Part shown: piece after piece, positions 26,380-39,868 of the stretch
Layout: every line of letters starts with the position of its first letter
Numbering within the stretch: position 1 is the first letter of the stretch
From: Carcharhinus longimanus
Lineage: Eukaryota
Direction of reading: 5' to 3'
Assembly (NCBI GenBank): GCA_030264375.1
Contig: JASCQW010000109.1
Coordinates: forward strand, 15,133,700 to 15,197,699
DNA length: 64,000 bases
The notes under the pieces: generated by a model
The model's database searches: none
Told to the model about the DNA's origin: nothing
Seen by the model: the letters and a program-made list of their open reading frames with translations, nothing else
Program-made: the position numbers and the translations under genes

Positions 26380-29300
26380 AATGTGCGAGAGAAAGAGTTT
26401 ATGCGCCTAGCAGCTCTGGCGTGTTAAATAGGTAACAAGATGTTGCGCATTACCAAACGCATTGGTCCTTACGGAGGCTCCACAGCAAGCCCCACTGAGG
26501 GTTCAGCTGCAGTGGGCTGAGGCAGGTAGGGTTCCGAGACGTTCACCCTCTCTGGAAGGAGCCGCATTTCCACTGCTGCAGTGCAATTCTTGCCTGCTGC
26601 CACACTGTGGCTCTACTTCCTTTGCCTATTCCCCACCATCTCACCTGTCAGCTCTTCAAGAACACCCCCCTCCCCAACCCCGCAACACTGAGGACCAAGG
26701 CGAAAAAGAGCCGCCTGTCTGCCAACGCGGAGAACAACCTCTGCACCACAATCTCTGCCCAGTTTAACAACACTAAAGAAAATGTTTCTTTGTTTGTGCG
26801 TGTGTGTTTGGGTGAAGAGGGTCTCTGCAATTGCAGCAACCAAAACTGCATTGAAACAAAAAGGAATCGCAGGAACGTTTCCCCGGGCTGCAGAAATAAT
26901 TAACACCACACGAACCAATGCAGCATTGACTAATGCAGAACTCAGCAACACAGCCTCAGCAACAGCTAAGCAATGCAGCATTGACCGGCATTAATGCCGA
27001 GCTAACCAGATCACTCAGCCGTTTTTTAAGAGGATTGTTCATTTCTGAGTTTGATATTAAAAAAAAATCTTTTTCCATTCGCCTTTCTCAAGGGGCATGT
27101 CTCTGGCCTCTCGCACAGACTGGGGTTAGCCTTCAAGGCTCTATCTATCCCTTGTCTAGTCATTGAAGTTTGGTGCACTCAAATGACTCCACGGTCGCTA
27201 TCATTGGACAAGCAGTACGCCTCCCTGATCCGGTTACCAAAGCCACGGGTCGCAGACTTGGGCTAAACTGAATGAAATGCCACCTGACGGGACGCACGCT
27301 TAAACCAAACCTTTAATCCACATGAAATAACAAATTTCACACAAAAAACACAAACCAAAAAAAAATAAACCTCCAGCTGGAATCTCTGAACTTCACCAAC
27401 AGCAAAGGGATATTTCACACAATATTTTCTATGTTATTATCAGCAGTTTCACTTAATCTCGAAGCAAGGTTAAATGACATTCTTTTTAAAAAAAAAATAA
27501 AGTTGAACAAGTATTTTGCCCTCCCTCCTGCCAGTTGGATTTGATTGTGTCAGATGCAGTTGGAGATAGAAAGAGGCGGATTTTTTTTTACCTGCAGTTC
27601 ATCCCGGTTCTGGAGCCTCTCCTTGCCGCTGGCAGTGGTGATTTGGACCCCTGGGTTGGCGGCTCTCTCCGCCGTCTCCGGGCTCTCGCTGGTCGTGTCG
27701 CTGGACGCCTCGGTGTCCTGGGACGAATCGTGGCGGCCGGCGCTGCGGGAGCTGCGAGAGCTCTTGCGGCCAACGCTCAGGGCATCGAAATCCAACGTTT
27801 TGCTCTCGTAAGCTCCCTCCACCGAGCAGAACATCCCCCCGTACGTCTGCCGGGGGACCTGAGCGGCCGTGCCAGGCCGGGCCCGANNNNNNNNNNNNNN
27901 NNNNNNNNNNNNNNNNNNNNNNNNNNNNNNNNNNNNNNNNNNNNNNNNNNNNNNNNNNNNNNNNNNNNNNNNNNNNNNNNNNNNNNNNNNNNNNNNNNNN
28001 NNNNNNNNNNNNNNNNNNNNNNNNNNNNNNNNNNNNNNNNNNNNNNNNNNNNNNNNNNNNNNNNNNNNNNNNNNNNNNNNNNNNNNNNNNNNNNNNNNNN
28101 NNNNNNNNNNNNNNNNNNNNNNNNNNNNNNNNNNNNNNNNNNNNNNNNNNNNNNNNNNNNNNNNNNNNNNNNNNNNNNNNNNNNNNNNNNNNNNNNNNNN
28201 NNNNNNNNNNNNNNNNNNNNNNNNNNNNNNNNNNNNNNNNNNNNNNNCGCCCCCCCGCAATGAAAAGTCCACACCTTAAATCACAACCAGGCAATTGTTA
28301 AAGTTGATTTAACACAAACAATTCCCAGTTTCACAGCATTCGATTTACACCAATCAACCTTTAAATGGGGGGAAAGAAAAATAAACTAGTGTTTTCATAC
28401 TCCTCCACCACCGTCACACTGAAACAAGCTTTTAGCATCTAACGTACTTGTAAATTCATTGCTGACTCAGATAACACAATGCAGATCCTGCCCTGAAAAC
28501 CAGCTTTACTTCCAGCTGGAATCTCAAGTTAATAGTGATGTGGGATTCTTAAGTATATTAGTCCGGACTGCTAAAACATACACGTACACACATAATATAA
28601 GAAACAAGATATAACATTATCAAAAGCATATGCACACACACACAATGATATATATATATTTTTTAATATTATCAAATATTGTGCCTATTACAGGGAGCAA
28701 GGGGGAGGGGGTGGGGATGAGCTGAGATGAAAAGCGATAGAAATGCCGACACCAACTAGACGGGCCGACTGGCCCTCCCCTGTGTGTTGCAAGATCCTCT
28801 GCTATAATTATATAGAGGTTAAAGTTGGCAGAAGTTTGTAGAATGAATGAAACAAGGCGTTTGGTATTAGCACAGTTGTTGTGTGAGGTTGCGGGAGAAT
28901 CTTTTTTTTGCTGCAATTCGGAAGCATATTTTTCTTTGCCCTCCCTTGTAAACAAAACCCTTTTGATTTCGGTGCTGCTTTACAACCCCCACACCCACCC
29001 CTCACCCTTGTCCACCATTCCCACCCCTCTTTACACTGCAAACCGGTCCGTGCCATTTTATCAGGCACCAACCCTGTTTGATATAAGATGTTCTGCAAGT
29101 TATTCGCCTTGATGTCGAACAGCCCGGAAGGGCAGCAAGCTCACCTCGAATCAGGTGAGAAATATCAGGTTATCCGAGAAAGACACACACACACACACGT
29201 GAGCTAGCCATCGAACAATGTTCAAAATTTGAGTATCCTGGAGTGCTCGGGGATGTGATTGATATCGAATTAATAATTCCCAAACTAATTGCAGGCTGGT

Positions 29301-29800
29301 ACAGAATCGCATGGTATTTTCAACCTTTATTTCAATATTTAAATAAAAGCATATATTTAAAAAAAACTTTTAAGCAATCAAATCCCCATTTTATTAAAAT
29401 CATGCTAATAATTTCAAGGCGATATATTATTTGAGACCCAGGGCAGACCTGTGCCAATTGATTGGTTGCATTTTGATATAACCTTACTTTCTGGACCTGG
29501 CTGCCTCCCATTTATTTCCCAGGAGGACATCGTTATTCACTGCGCATCAGGAGGAGAGGCCAATTGAATGCCGAATGCACAAGCTTGCCGTTCCGTCGGC
29601 AGGTTTGCATCCTCGCCCCTTTGTCGTGCACGGAGCTGCGGCGCTCCCAAAGGGAACTGTCCCTTCAGCACCCTCACCCATCCGCCCTGACTCACCCGGT
29701 ACGCCATTGAACCACCCAGTGGCCGGCGTCTCCCACACTCACTCCAAGCGAAGGCTGCTCCCCAATCCACAGGCTGGCCATCTTCCTCTCCTTCCCTGGC
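26380..29800. promoter_or_regulatory. CpG-enriched, TE-free promoter/first-exon region of the CRMP gene
   Basis: CpG density is clearly higher than in the flanks and no SINE/LINE copies are seen around the exon. A 361-N gap covers the GC-rich start-codon/TSS region. Boundaries are approximate. Confidence 0.55.
27592..27886 (-). CDS. CRMP1: Collapsin response mediator protein (CRMP/DPYSL family), long-isoform coding exon 1; 5' end lost in gap 27887-28247
   Basis: Translates as ARPGTAAQVPRQTYGGMFCSVEGAYESKTLDFDALSVGRKSSRSSRSAGRHD...GVQITTASGKERLQNRDELQ. This matches the long N-terminal extension of CRMP1 (ARPGSAAQTPRQKYGGMFAAVEGAYENKTIDFDAYSVGR..RSAGRPD..RDNGQ) and DPYSL3 (ARPGTTDQVPRQKYGGMFCNVEGAFESKTLDFDALSVG). 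It ends at a phase-0 donor CAG|GTAAAA (27592/27591), where the long isoforms splice onto SDRLLIKGG. The exon is CpG-rich. The family call is strong; the paralog call is only moderate. Confidence 0.85.
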
Positions 29801-30024
29801 CACCGTTATGGCAGCACTATGTCTCCTTTATTCCCAGGGTCAGACAAATAAAGTACTCGGTGTTGCTGCCATTAATGTCTGGGTGTTCGGCAAAATCACT
29901 CCTGTGGGAACTCATTTTACCAAGGGTTTGGGGGTGCTTTACTGATTATCATGCTCCCCAATAGGGGCAGGACAGGTTCATTTTTCTTTTGTCACATCTT
30001 ACATTGCAACAGTGGCCACACTGA

Positions 30025-30180
30025 AGTCCCCTCAGAATCCTACATGTTTCAATAAGATGATCTCTCAATCTTCTAAACTCCAATGAATACAGCCTCAACC
30101 TGTCCAACCTTTCCTCATAAGACAACATTCCCACTCCACCACCTCCAATCCCAGATATCAATCAAGTGAACCTTCTCTGA
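30025..30180 (-). mobile_element. CR1 LINE RT fragment
   Basis: LSYEERLDRLRLYSLEFRRLRDHLIETCRILRG. Confidence 0.8.
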
Positions 30181-31019
30181 TGTGAGTTATAGAGTCACTT
30201 GCACAGGAATAATCAATAGTTCAGGTATGGCATCACTCTGAAAGAGTAATATTGCCGGCTGTGGGAAAAGTAAAGAGAATGGGATTATTTGGATATGTTC
30301 TTCAAAGAGTGGTACTGACCTCCTTCCACGCTGTTTAGTTGGTGCAAACCTTTCTTTTTCAAATATTTATCCAGTTTCCTTTTGAAAGTTACCCCTGAAT
30401 CTGTTTCCCCTGCACTTTGAGACAGTCCATTCTAGATCATAATAACTTAATTTAAAAAAACTCTTCTTCATCTTTCCTCCCATTCTTTGCCGATTATCTT
30501 AAACCTTTGTTTACTGACCTGCCTGCTGGTGAAAGTGGTTTCTATTTGTTTAATGAAAACCCCTCACAATTTTTAAGACCTTCATTCAATCTCTCCTTAA
30601 CCTTCCCTGCTCTAAGGAGAGCATTTCCTTCTTCCATAGTTTACCCATGGGTATCGCTTGTTCCTGTTCCAGCTATACCAGTGCTGCTGGTCTTTATGGG
30701 TCAAGATTCTTAGATGGATAATTTGAGCCCTTGCTACATCGTAGTTCTCTCAATCTGGTCAAACAGCATGTCAAACTGGACAAGACCGTTGGCAAGCATA
30801 CTTTCTATACAATGGAAGTAGTGTGCACAATGAACGAATAATGTATTTCCTTTGTGTTTAGAACCTGTGGCACTCAGAGCTTTTCTGAAGATGTCTCTGG
30901 AGTTATAGCGTATTGCAGTTTACTATAATTGCACAGTAAACCTTTCCATGCTCCTCATGAGATCTCTTTCAAGATCTCTTGTACTTGAGAAATGACTCAA
31001 ACATTTTTTAAAATGTTTA

Positions 31020-31312
31020 AGTTTATTTCTTAGTGTCACAAGTGGTCTGAATTAATACTGCAATCAAATTACTATGAAAATCCCTTAGTCGCCACATTCC
31101 GGCATCTTTTTGGGGACACTGAGGGAGAATTTAGAATGGCCAGTGCATCTAACCAGTACAACATTCAGACTGTGGGAGGAAACCGGAGCACCCAGAGGAA
31201 ACCCATGCACACACTAGGAGAACATGCAGACTCCACACAGATGGTGATCCAAGCTGGGAATCAAACCTGGGTCCCTGGCACTGTGAGGCAACAGTGCTAA
31301 CCACTGTGCCAC
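31020..31312 (-). mobile_element. V-SINE, alternative-tail subfamily
   Basis: Matches 14294-14586. Confidence 0.85.
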
Positions 31313-32382
31313 CAATCCTGGTCAGACAGAAATCTTCTTTTATATACTTGTTCTGTGAGGTCAGAATCCCGATATACCACTTGAAAGGCAACACTTCAAT
31401 AGTTACCACGTGCCTGTTCTCCATCTGTCCATATACTTTGCTCCTCCTTTCCTCCAATTTACCTTCGGCTTGCTCCTAATGCTCACCAGCTACATGATCA
31501 GAGTGTGCAACTATTCTGCTGTTTGTCTCAGATAAGAGAAAATCCAGTGTACCTGGTTGACTGAGGATTTGACTATGGGATTGTATCTGTGGGCTTTAAT
31601 CTTCTCTTGCAGGGTTACATAAATAGAAGAGGAACATATTTCAAAATGCTAATTCCACAAACCCCTTTGAGTACTGCTTGGATTGCAATGTAGTGTAATT
31701 GGTGTTTTTGAGATTTGTTCTATGTTTGTGAGTCATTGACTGAGTAGGGAACAACACATAGTTAGGGTATAGTGGGTACTAACTTGAGATTTGTGTTAGG
31801 CATTTGAGTTCACTTTTCCATACTTGCTTGATACTGTCACACTCTGTGGTACCTGTTGGAACTGCTTCAAATGAACCAAGGATAGGCAGTGTTTGGGCTG
31901 CTCCAGTTCAGCAATGCTCTTTCTTACCTTGAGTCACATTGGTCTGTGATCAAATAAACAAATAAGTAACCTTAGAGGTATTCAGATACAACACTCCTCT
32001 CTTCAGCCTCAAGGACAGCAAAAGGAGAAAATAGGGTGCGGTAATGATCTTCCCAAGAGTGCCTGAGATCTTCTAGTCTTGCAGTTTCCTCTTGAGATGC
32101 TTATAGGAAGTCTCAATTTGCAATTTCAAGGAGCAGTATGACTGGGGGAAAGAATACATGAGACAGTTTCCCCTTGCCTTCCAAATATGATACAAGTTCT
32201 CTTCTCGCAAGATCCTCTGCCTGTAAGCAACTGTTGTCCTTCGAGGTTTTAGCTCTTCTACCATCACCACAGAAGATTTATTGGATCAACTGTTGACCAC
32301 CACTCATAACCCTGAGCCTGGACTCTTATCTGGGCTTGGGTGACTTACAAAAGAGCAGGGCAACTACCCCCTGAGGTTTCAG

Positions 32383-32995
32383 ATGTTTTACATATGCACC
32401 ATGGAAAACATCCTTTCTGGATGTATCACACCTTGGTATGTCTCTTGCTTTGACCAAGACCGCAAAAACTACAAAGGGTCGTGGACGAAGCCCAGTCCAT
32501 CATGCAAACCAGCCTTCCACCCATTGACTCTGTTTACACTTCCCACTGCCTCAGAAAAGCGGTCAACGTAATCAAGGACCCCACACATCCCTTATGTCTC
32601 TTCCACCTTCTTCCTTTGGGAAAAAGATACAAAAGTCTGAGGTTTTGTACCAACTAACTCAAGAACAGCTTCTTCCCTGCTGCCATCAGACTTCTGAATG
32701 AACCCACCTTATATCAAACTGATGTTTCGCTACACCATAACTATGGCTGTAACACTACATTCTGCACCCTCACCTTTCCTTTTNNNNNNNNNNNNNNNNN
32801 NNNNNNNNNNNNNNNNNNNNNNNNNNNNNNNNNNNNNNNNNNNNNNNNNNNNNNNNNNNNNNNNNNNNNNNNNNNNNNNNNNNTTCCTTCTTCCCTATGT
32901 ACTCCATGAATGGTATGTTTTGTCTGTATAGCGCACAAGAAACAATATTTTTCACTGTATACTAATACATGTGGCAAATCAAATCAAAACATCAA
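32383..32995 (+). mobile_element. Rex1/Babar-type LINE 3' end
   Basis: FYICTMENILSGCITPWY..DRK matches the Rex1 RT C-terminal motif FYxCTIESILxGCITxWY. Has an (AATCA)n tail at ~32977-32995. Confidence 0.8.
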
Positions 32996-33720
32996 ATGAC
33001 CCTGCTACCCAAACATACATATACCCTTTGACAGACATTAAATGTGCAGTTCACTGATTTATAACTATACAAAAATAAGTCATCATGCTTCTAAGAGTTT
33101 AATATATACATTAGATTGCAATTTTGTGACTGTCACTCAGAGTCATTTTCTTCTGTACAATTCACCATTCATTGCGTATATCTTTCAAAACTATCTGATC
33201 CATGAATTCTGTGAACAGAATAGACTAGGATAGTTCAATTTTTCTATTCTCCAGGCATTCTATTCTCCTCTGGCAAACCTCTGCTCTTACAAAGTGTATT
33301 AGCACATCTTTTACCACAGCCTTCTGTAAAGAATATAATTTTATTGCATAATTAATGATGGAGAGCCTCACATTGAAGCCAAATATTACAGTCAGCTTTA
33401 AATCAGCAATTTATTAATGACTATTATCTGCCTATATTGATATGCTATTGGCGGCTTGTTAAGGAGTACTGAGGTGAAAGGAAATGGTGCAGACCAGTCA
33501 AAGTACATTGAACATGCATTGGAAGAGCATCTAGCAAAGGCAATATGATAAACCATTGACTGGGGGGCCACCAGAAACATCACCAAGATCTGATAAATAA
33601 AGGCAATTCTGCAAATGGATTGACTAAAAGTACTGTTGGAATTCCAGGACATAATATTAAAATTCTGAAGATCCCATCTACCTCAAGTCAACAACTATAA
33701 CTAAAGCGAATTTGAAATGC

Positions 33721-33788
33721 TGAAATCTCACTTCATTGCTCTCACAATAATGGTTCCTGTCATAATTTAGTTATTGCACTCAGTCAAA
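33721..33788. repeat. 68-bp direct repeat, second copy at 35776-35843
   Basis: 63/68 identical by hand alignment, with no indels. Confidence 0.85.
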
Positions 33789-36774
33789 TTTGCACTTTTT
33801 AAACTTCTTTCACTGAATCTATTAATTTCTTTCTTACTTAATACATTATGTGCTGCTTTGTTGTCAGCCTTGACTCAATTTTCTCACTGTCATCTCTTGA
33901 AGGCAGAACTGTGGTTTCAAATTCCACTTCTGGACACTTGAGCACAAAAGTTGAGGATCAGTCTAGCACTGAGGAAACGCCCCACTATCCAAGCTGCAGT
34001 CTTTTAGCTGGGCTATCAAACTAAGGCCCCAGCCACCCTCTCAGATAACTTAGGTGATCCCACAGCAACAATGTTTCAAGAAGAGCAGAGAAGTTCTTCC
34101 TTGTGTTGAGGCCAATATTTGTCTTTCAATCAATACCTGCAACAGATCATCTCGGTTATTTTACCTGACTGCTGTTCATGAGACTTTGCCATGTGCAAAT
34201 TGGCCACTACAGCAGGACTTTCCAGCCACACTCAGCCCAAAACCGGAAAACCCTGCCCAAGGTCAATAGACATTATCATGGTCTGACCCTCCCTCGATTC
34301 CTGTGATGGGCAGGATGGAAAACTCCCCCTTACATTTCCTATAACAGTGGTAACACAGCAAATATACTTTGTTGTTTGAGGAGCATTTATGTATATCTTG
34401 CGGTCATGGTACATATATGAATGCACCTACTTTATTCATTTTTACTGGTCTGCCTACCAGCTGCTAAATCTTCTTGTACGTTTGCTCAAAGACTCTTACT
34501 CCAATTGCAGATCATTTACTGGTGTATTTATGATAGCTTTTTAATCCTCTTATTTACCCATCGCTTATGGTTTGATTTCTTATAAATCTGCTCTCTAGCC
34601 TTTCATCCATCAGCTATGTCAATTTTCTTTTAATCTAAACTTATTCAGCAGAAAGCTACACACAGCATGCCATGAATTCTGATGACCATGTGGGAGTGTT
34701 TTATCTGTGCCCTAAGTAGACAAAAATAAATATAAATCAAATCATAAAGAACCAATATAAAATTTCATTCCATCTATCGCACTGAGGAAATGTCCCTTCC
34801 ATATGGTCATTTTTTCAGTGAACTTGTTGGTACCTCTTGTCATTATTGATTTGTCAGCTGGTAGCCCGTGGGTATAACTTACTGCCCATTGGTCAGATTG
34901 CTAAATGTAAATTGTTATTCTTTTCTGCTGAGGGGGCATGTGTCTTCACCTAAGATCATAGGATCAGTATGGCAGGAAAGTGAAGCACTCTTACATGTTT
35001 TAACAAGTGCTTCCATGTGATTTGCAACTTATATTCAAAGCAATATGGGAAAAATCTAATGACTGGCTTGGCTCAATTGATGGCACTTTCCCCACTGAAT
35101 TACAAGATTGTGGTTCAAGTCCTACTATACATAACGTAGGCTAACTTCAGTACAACAGTAAAGCAGTGCTATGGGTGACTGATGAAATCTTGAAGCCTGC
35201 TCAAGTGGTATAGAAAACTGTATGACACTATTCAAAGAACCATTCTCCCACTATCCTGGCCCCAAACCATACCACCATCAATTGACCACTTACTGATTTG
35301 CTGTTCACTAGACCTTCTTATGCACAAATGACTGTCATGTTTACCCACCACCAACAACGACCGTGTTTCAATTGTAATTTATTAGCTTGGAACACCCTGA
35401 CAATATAACAAGATTTTATAAAAATGCAAGATTTTTTAAACATTTCTTTTCCCACAGTGTTTACAACGATGAGCAAGACGTAGCCATCCCAACAGAACTG
35501 GTCTTTCATTTACAGTTCACAATGAGTGACCGGCAACTTAACAACAATTAAAGGCAAATCATGACAAATATTTTGTGGATTGATATGTGAACATCACTGG
35601 GCAGCTTTTTGGTGAAATGAAAATTCCGATAGCTGAACTTACTTGTCTCTGTAGATCAGAAGGGATTCAAATCCTGTGCTGATTATAATAAGTCAAGGTG
35701 AACAGCTGTTGCATGTAAGTCATGCAGTGGGGGTTGAGGAACATCTCTGAAGAGCTGGCAAGTTTCATGGAACAATGAAATCTCACGTCATTGCTCTCAT
35801 AATAATGGTTCTTGTCATAACTTAATTATTGCACTCAGTCAAACGATCAGGCAAATTTATGCCAAAATTCACAAGCAATTATTGTTACAGTGATTAATTC
35901 CTAATTTCCTTACTGAACTACATTAAGAGTGCAGTTATGGCACTGACAATCACAGCAATGTACTCTGATTAAAAGCCTAGAGTCTCTAAATGTCTTATCC
36001 TTCCGATGTTGGTCATCCCTTTCATGGGTCAATATACACTTCAGAGTGAGAGACGTCAAGAAACAAAGGGATTGAAAACCATCTCAGGCAATGGTGCACA
36101 TGGATGGTATTAGATTAGTAGCAGAACTCTACAGCTGAGCTTGGTATTCAGTGCCATTGCAGTTAATGGAGTGAAGCATATAATGGACAGCTGATCTGAT
36201 ATGGTCCTCTTTGAGCCACCACCAGACATTCATATGGAACTCGCATTCTGTAATGCCCACAAACTTGAGAAAACCAGAACATTGCTTAGGCTTGCGGAAC
36301 CAACTTTTGGTCTAAATATCAACAATAGTGCACCTTAAAGTTAGAAAGGCATATCGCATAAACAATCAAGTTAGTTATCCATCACATTCAGCAGAAAGTG
36401 GATTAGCCAACCTCAATGGTAGGAAGTTAATGAGAAGCAGCAAAAAAGGGTGGCTAAGATGTCAATCAGTGTTGGGATTGGTGACTGGGCTGTACAAGGG
36501 TTTTCCACAATTTGTCAAGGGGGAGGGAGATTACAGCAGGGGAACCTAACCTTTCCTTGGGGGCCTGCCTAGAGAACATGGCCAGTTTGGATAGGTGTCC
36601 TGGTCACCAACTCTTAATTACAGGTGAAAATTGGAACTGCTTTGCTCCCAGTGTTTCTAGTTGGATAAGTAACTTTGGATAAGATGATTTTAAATGCACG
36701 CCTGACCAGTTTGTTATACTATAACAGCACCCTTTCCCCCTGGGGCTCTTGTATAAAGTAGCACTGTAGTGGAG

Positions 36775-37090
36775 TGGCGTAGTGGCACAGTGGTTAGCAC
36801 TGCTGCCTCAGAGCTCAAGGGACCAAAGTTCAATTCCAGCCTCTGGTGACTGTCTGTATGGAGTTTGCACATTCTCCCTGTGTCTGCATGGGTTTCCTCC
36901 TGCAGTCTAAAGATGTGCAAGTTAGATGGATTGGCCACACATAATTGTCCTCCTGTGGCCCAAGGTGTGTAGGTTGGATAGATTAGCCATGATTAATATG
37001 TGGAGTTGCAGGGAAGAGAGACTGGTTAAGATACTGGGTCAGTAACCAGTATTGAATTGGTGCAGACTCAATGGGCTGAATGGCCTACTA
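36775..37090 (+). mobile_element. HE1/V-SINE (older)
   Basis: gtggcacagtggttagcactgctgcctca..ctgtatggagtttgcacattctcc..gcagactcaatgggctgaatggcct. Confidence 0.8.
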
Positions 37091-39280
37091 ATGCTATCAG
37101 TAACTTGAGTGGCTTAATTTAACCTATTTACTTTTATTTCGAATAAGTCTTACAGGTGGCCAGCCTTTACTGAACTTGTGTCATTGAAACATAAAGGGAT
37201 AATGTAACGTAAGTGTTACCAGTAAGACTCTCAACTACCAGCCTCACACACTGAGCCGTATTTAGTGCAGGTAATGCAGGTAATAGGAGAACCAGCAAGA
37301 GCTCCACATTACCTCCTTTGGGAAGTCTCCTGTCAGGCCAAACATGGACCCTCCCTGGGATCAAGGGTCAGGGATGGAAAATGCTGGCAAACCAGAGGTG
37401 GACAGCTCTTCATTGTGGGTATCGCCACTAGGGGAATGGTGGCAGCTGCTGGCAATGCATGCACCGGAGGCCCAGGATTACTGAGTGACCCCCAGGGCAA
37501 AGCTGGGTGAAGGTCGGATCAAGGTCAGGAGGAAGGGAGGGCTCATTAGTAAAGCCAGGAGTTGCTCTCAGTGGACCAACCCAACCCACCCACTTCATCC
37601 CTTTCTTGTTGCTGGGTCCGTCAATCAGGCCTTTGAATGAGGAACACACGACCCCCCCCACCACAGAGAGGGCTCCTTGAATGGCGATTACCCCACCAGC
37701 CACTAGTTGAATAACAGCGTGTGGGATGAGACTTTAAGTAAGTTAATCATCAGCTTAAAACCTCAACTAGTGGTGGAGCATGGAGACTGTCCACAAGCTG
37801 TTCAGACATGGGCTTAATTGGAGTAGACATGGGTGGGTGCAGGGTCACTGCCGGTCATCCTCTGACCCAATTAAACTTACTACAGTCTCCAAACATAACT
37901 TGGATGAACACATTATATTCCAGCCATTTGGAAATACTGCGTGTGCTGCCTACAGTTTTCCATCTATCCAATCATTTGGGAGGGAAATCACTGGCACTGC
38001 CTGACTAGAAAGCAAAGCTTTCCAACTTGTTTAGCACAGTTATAAAGTTGGATGTAACCTTGCAGGTAAAAGGTTACATAGGACTACATAGGATACGTGG
38101 CACAGAAACAGGCCATTCTACACAGCAAGATCATGCCAGTATTCTCCTTTTCAGCCTTCTCACATCCTCTATCATCTAAATCAGCCATCGTAACTCTCAA
38201 TTCCCTTCCCCCTCAAATGCTTGTCTATCTTCCTATCTTCATCTACATGATTCACTTCAACCATTCCCTGTGGTAGCGAGTTCTGCATTCCCACCATTCT
38301 CTGGGTGAAGGAGTTTCTTATGAATTCCCCGATTGGGTTTCTTGTTGATTATCAGATACTGATAGCAAACAACAAATGTTAGCTAACACTTGTTTATAGT
38401 TTTGGTCATATTATATCAGAGCATTTCTGCATTCGTGCTGTTAAAGGTTAATCAGAGTTTCAAGCAGAAAAATTATCGTTAGCAATATTATTGAACTAAC
38501 AGTCAATAAACGGATGAAATGTCTTTGTCCATCATGTCGGCAGAGGCAATACACATTCATTGTAAATGGATTAAAGATTTAAAATTAAATTGACATTGTT
38601 CCACCCACAGCAAAGCATGATGGTACTTTGGCAGAAACAGAGCTCTGAAACTGCAACATCTTTTTTCTACATAAAATTTTTGATCTGACTTGAGGTCAAT
38701 TTAATCATTTGAATTGAAAATCATTTTCAATTAGTTGCAACTGAAACAGAGTAATTCAGCTATGGCCTTGACAAAGAAAAGCAATCAACAAAATTGTTCA
38801 GAGACATCTATATTTCCAGGCGGGCATCTGGCCTAGCCCCAGTTCCTGGAAATGATGTAATTATGTATGTCCATAAAATAATTATGTTAGAAATTATAAA
38901 TTACATCATTGTCTCTGAGATGGCAATTGAGGCAGAAATACAGCCTCAAAGAAGACTATCTAAGAAGTTTTTTTTTCTGAAAGGCACCACAGGGTCAAAA
39001 CTATTCAATAGACAGTCAGGAGACGACATAAATATTTTGTTGACTTGAATGGTTGAAATGATTATTAATCCGATTGCTTGGCTTTGAGGAAAAGGTCTAT
39101 TTGTTCTTCAAAGGAGCTCCCAAGCCCACTCCCCATAACCTGAGAGTCACTGGCAAGGCCAGCATTGAAAACCATCTCTAGCCACTCTGAAAAGGTGTTG
39201 ATTACTTTCTCTGAAAACCGCTGCATGTGGTTTGATGCAACCAAGAAGTTTGCTGGACCACTTCAAAGTGCAGTTGGGAG

Positions 39281-39762
39281 TCATAGAATCATAGAATTCC
39301 TACAGTGCAGAAGGAGGCCATTTGGTCCATTGAGCCTGCACCAACAACAATCCCATCCAGGCCATATCCCCATAACCCCATATATTTACCCTGCTAATCC
39401 CCCTGACACTGAGGTCAATATAGCATGGCCAATCAACCCAACCCGCACATCTTTGGACCATGGGAGGAAACCCACACAGACACAGACGAACGTGCAAACT
39501 CCACACAGACAGTGACNNNNNNNNNNNNNNNNNNNNNNNNNNNNNNNNNNNNNNNNNNNNNNNNNNNNNNNNNNNNNNNNNNNNNNNNNNNNNNNNNNNN
39601 NNNNNNNNNNNNNNNNTCAACCCCACCCGCACATCTTTGGACCGTGGGAGGAAACCCACACAGACACAGAAGAACGTGCAAACTCCACACAGACAGTGAC
39701 CCGAGGCTGGGATTGAACCCAGTTCTCTGGCACTGTGAGGCAGCAGTGCTAACCACTGTGCC
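39281..39762 (-). mobile_element. HE1/V-SINE spanning a 100-N gap
   Basis: Consensus match on both sides of the gap, with ~80 bp represented twice. Confidence 0.8.
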
Positions 39763-39868
39763 AGCCTCATAACCTTGTCTTCAAGTCTCTAATGACCTAC
39801 CCAAGTCCTCAAATTGACGCTTTGTTGAGCAGGAAGAAATTTCAACAACTGTGTGCAAGAAAGTTCAT

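Noticed and set aside
26462-27266. Cluster of overlapping ORFs on both strands near the CRMP exon
   Set aside because: No recognisable protein or exon boundaries; expected in GC-elevated first-intron sequence.
39437-39700. Apparent tandem duplications flanking 100-N gaps (also ~32770/32885 and 57746/57875)
   Set aside because: Typical overlapping contig ends at unsized gaps.
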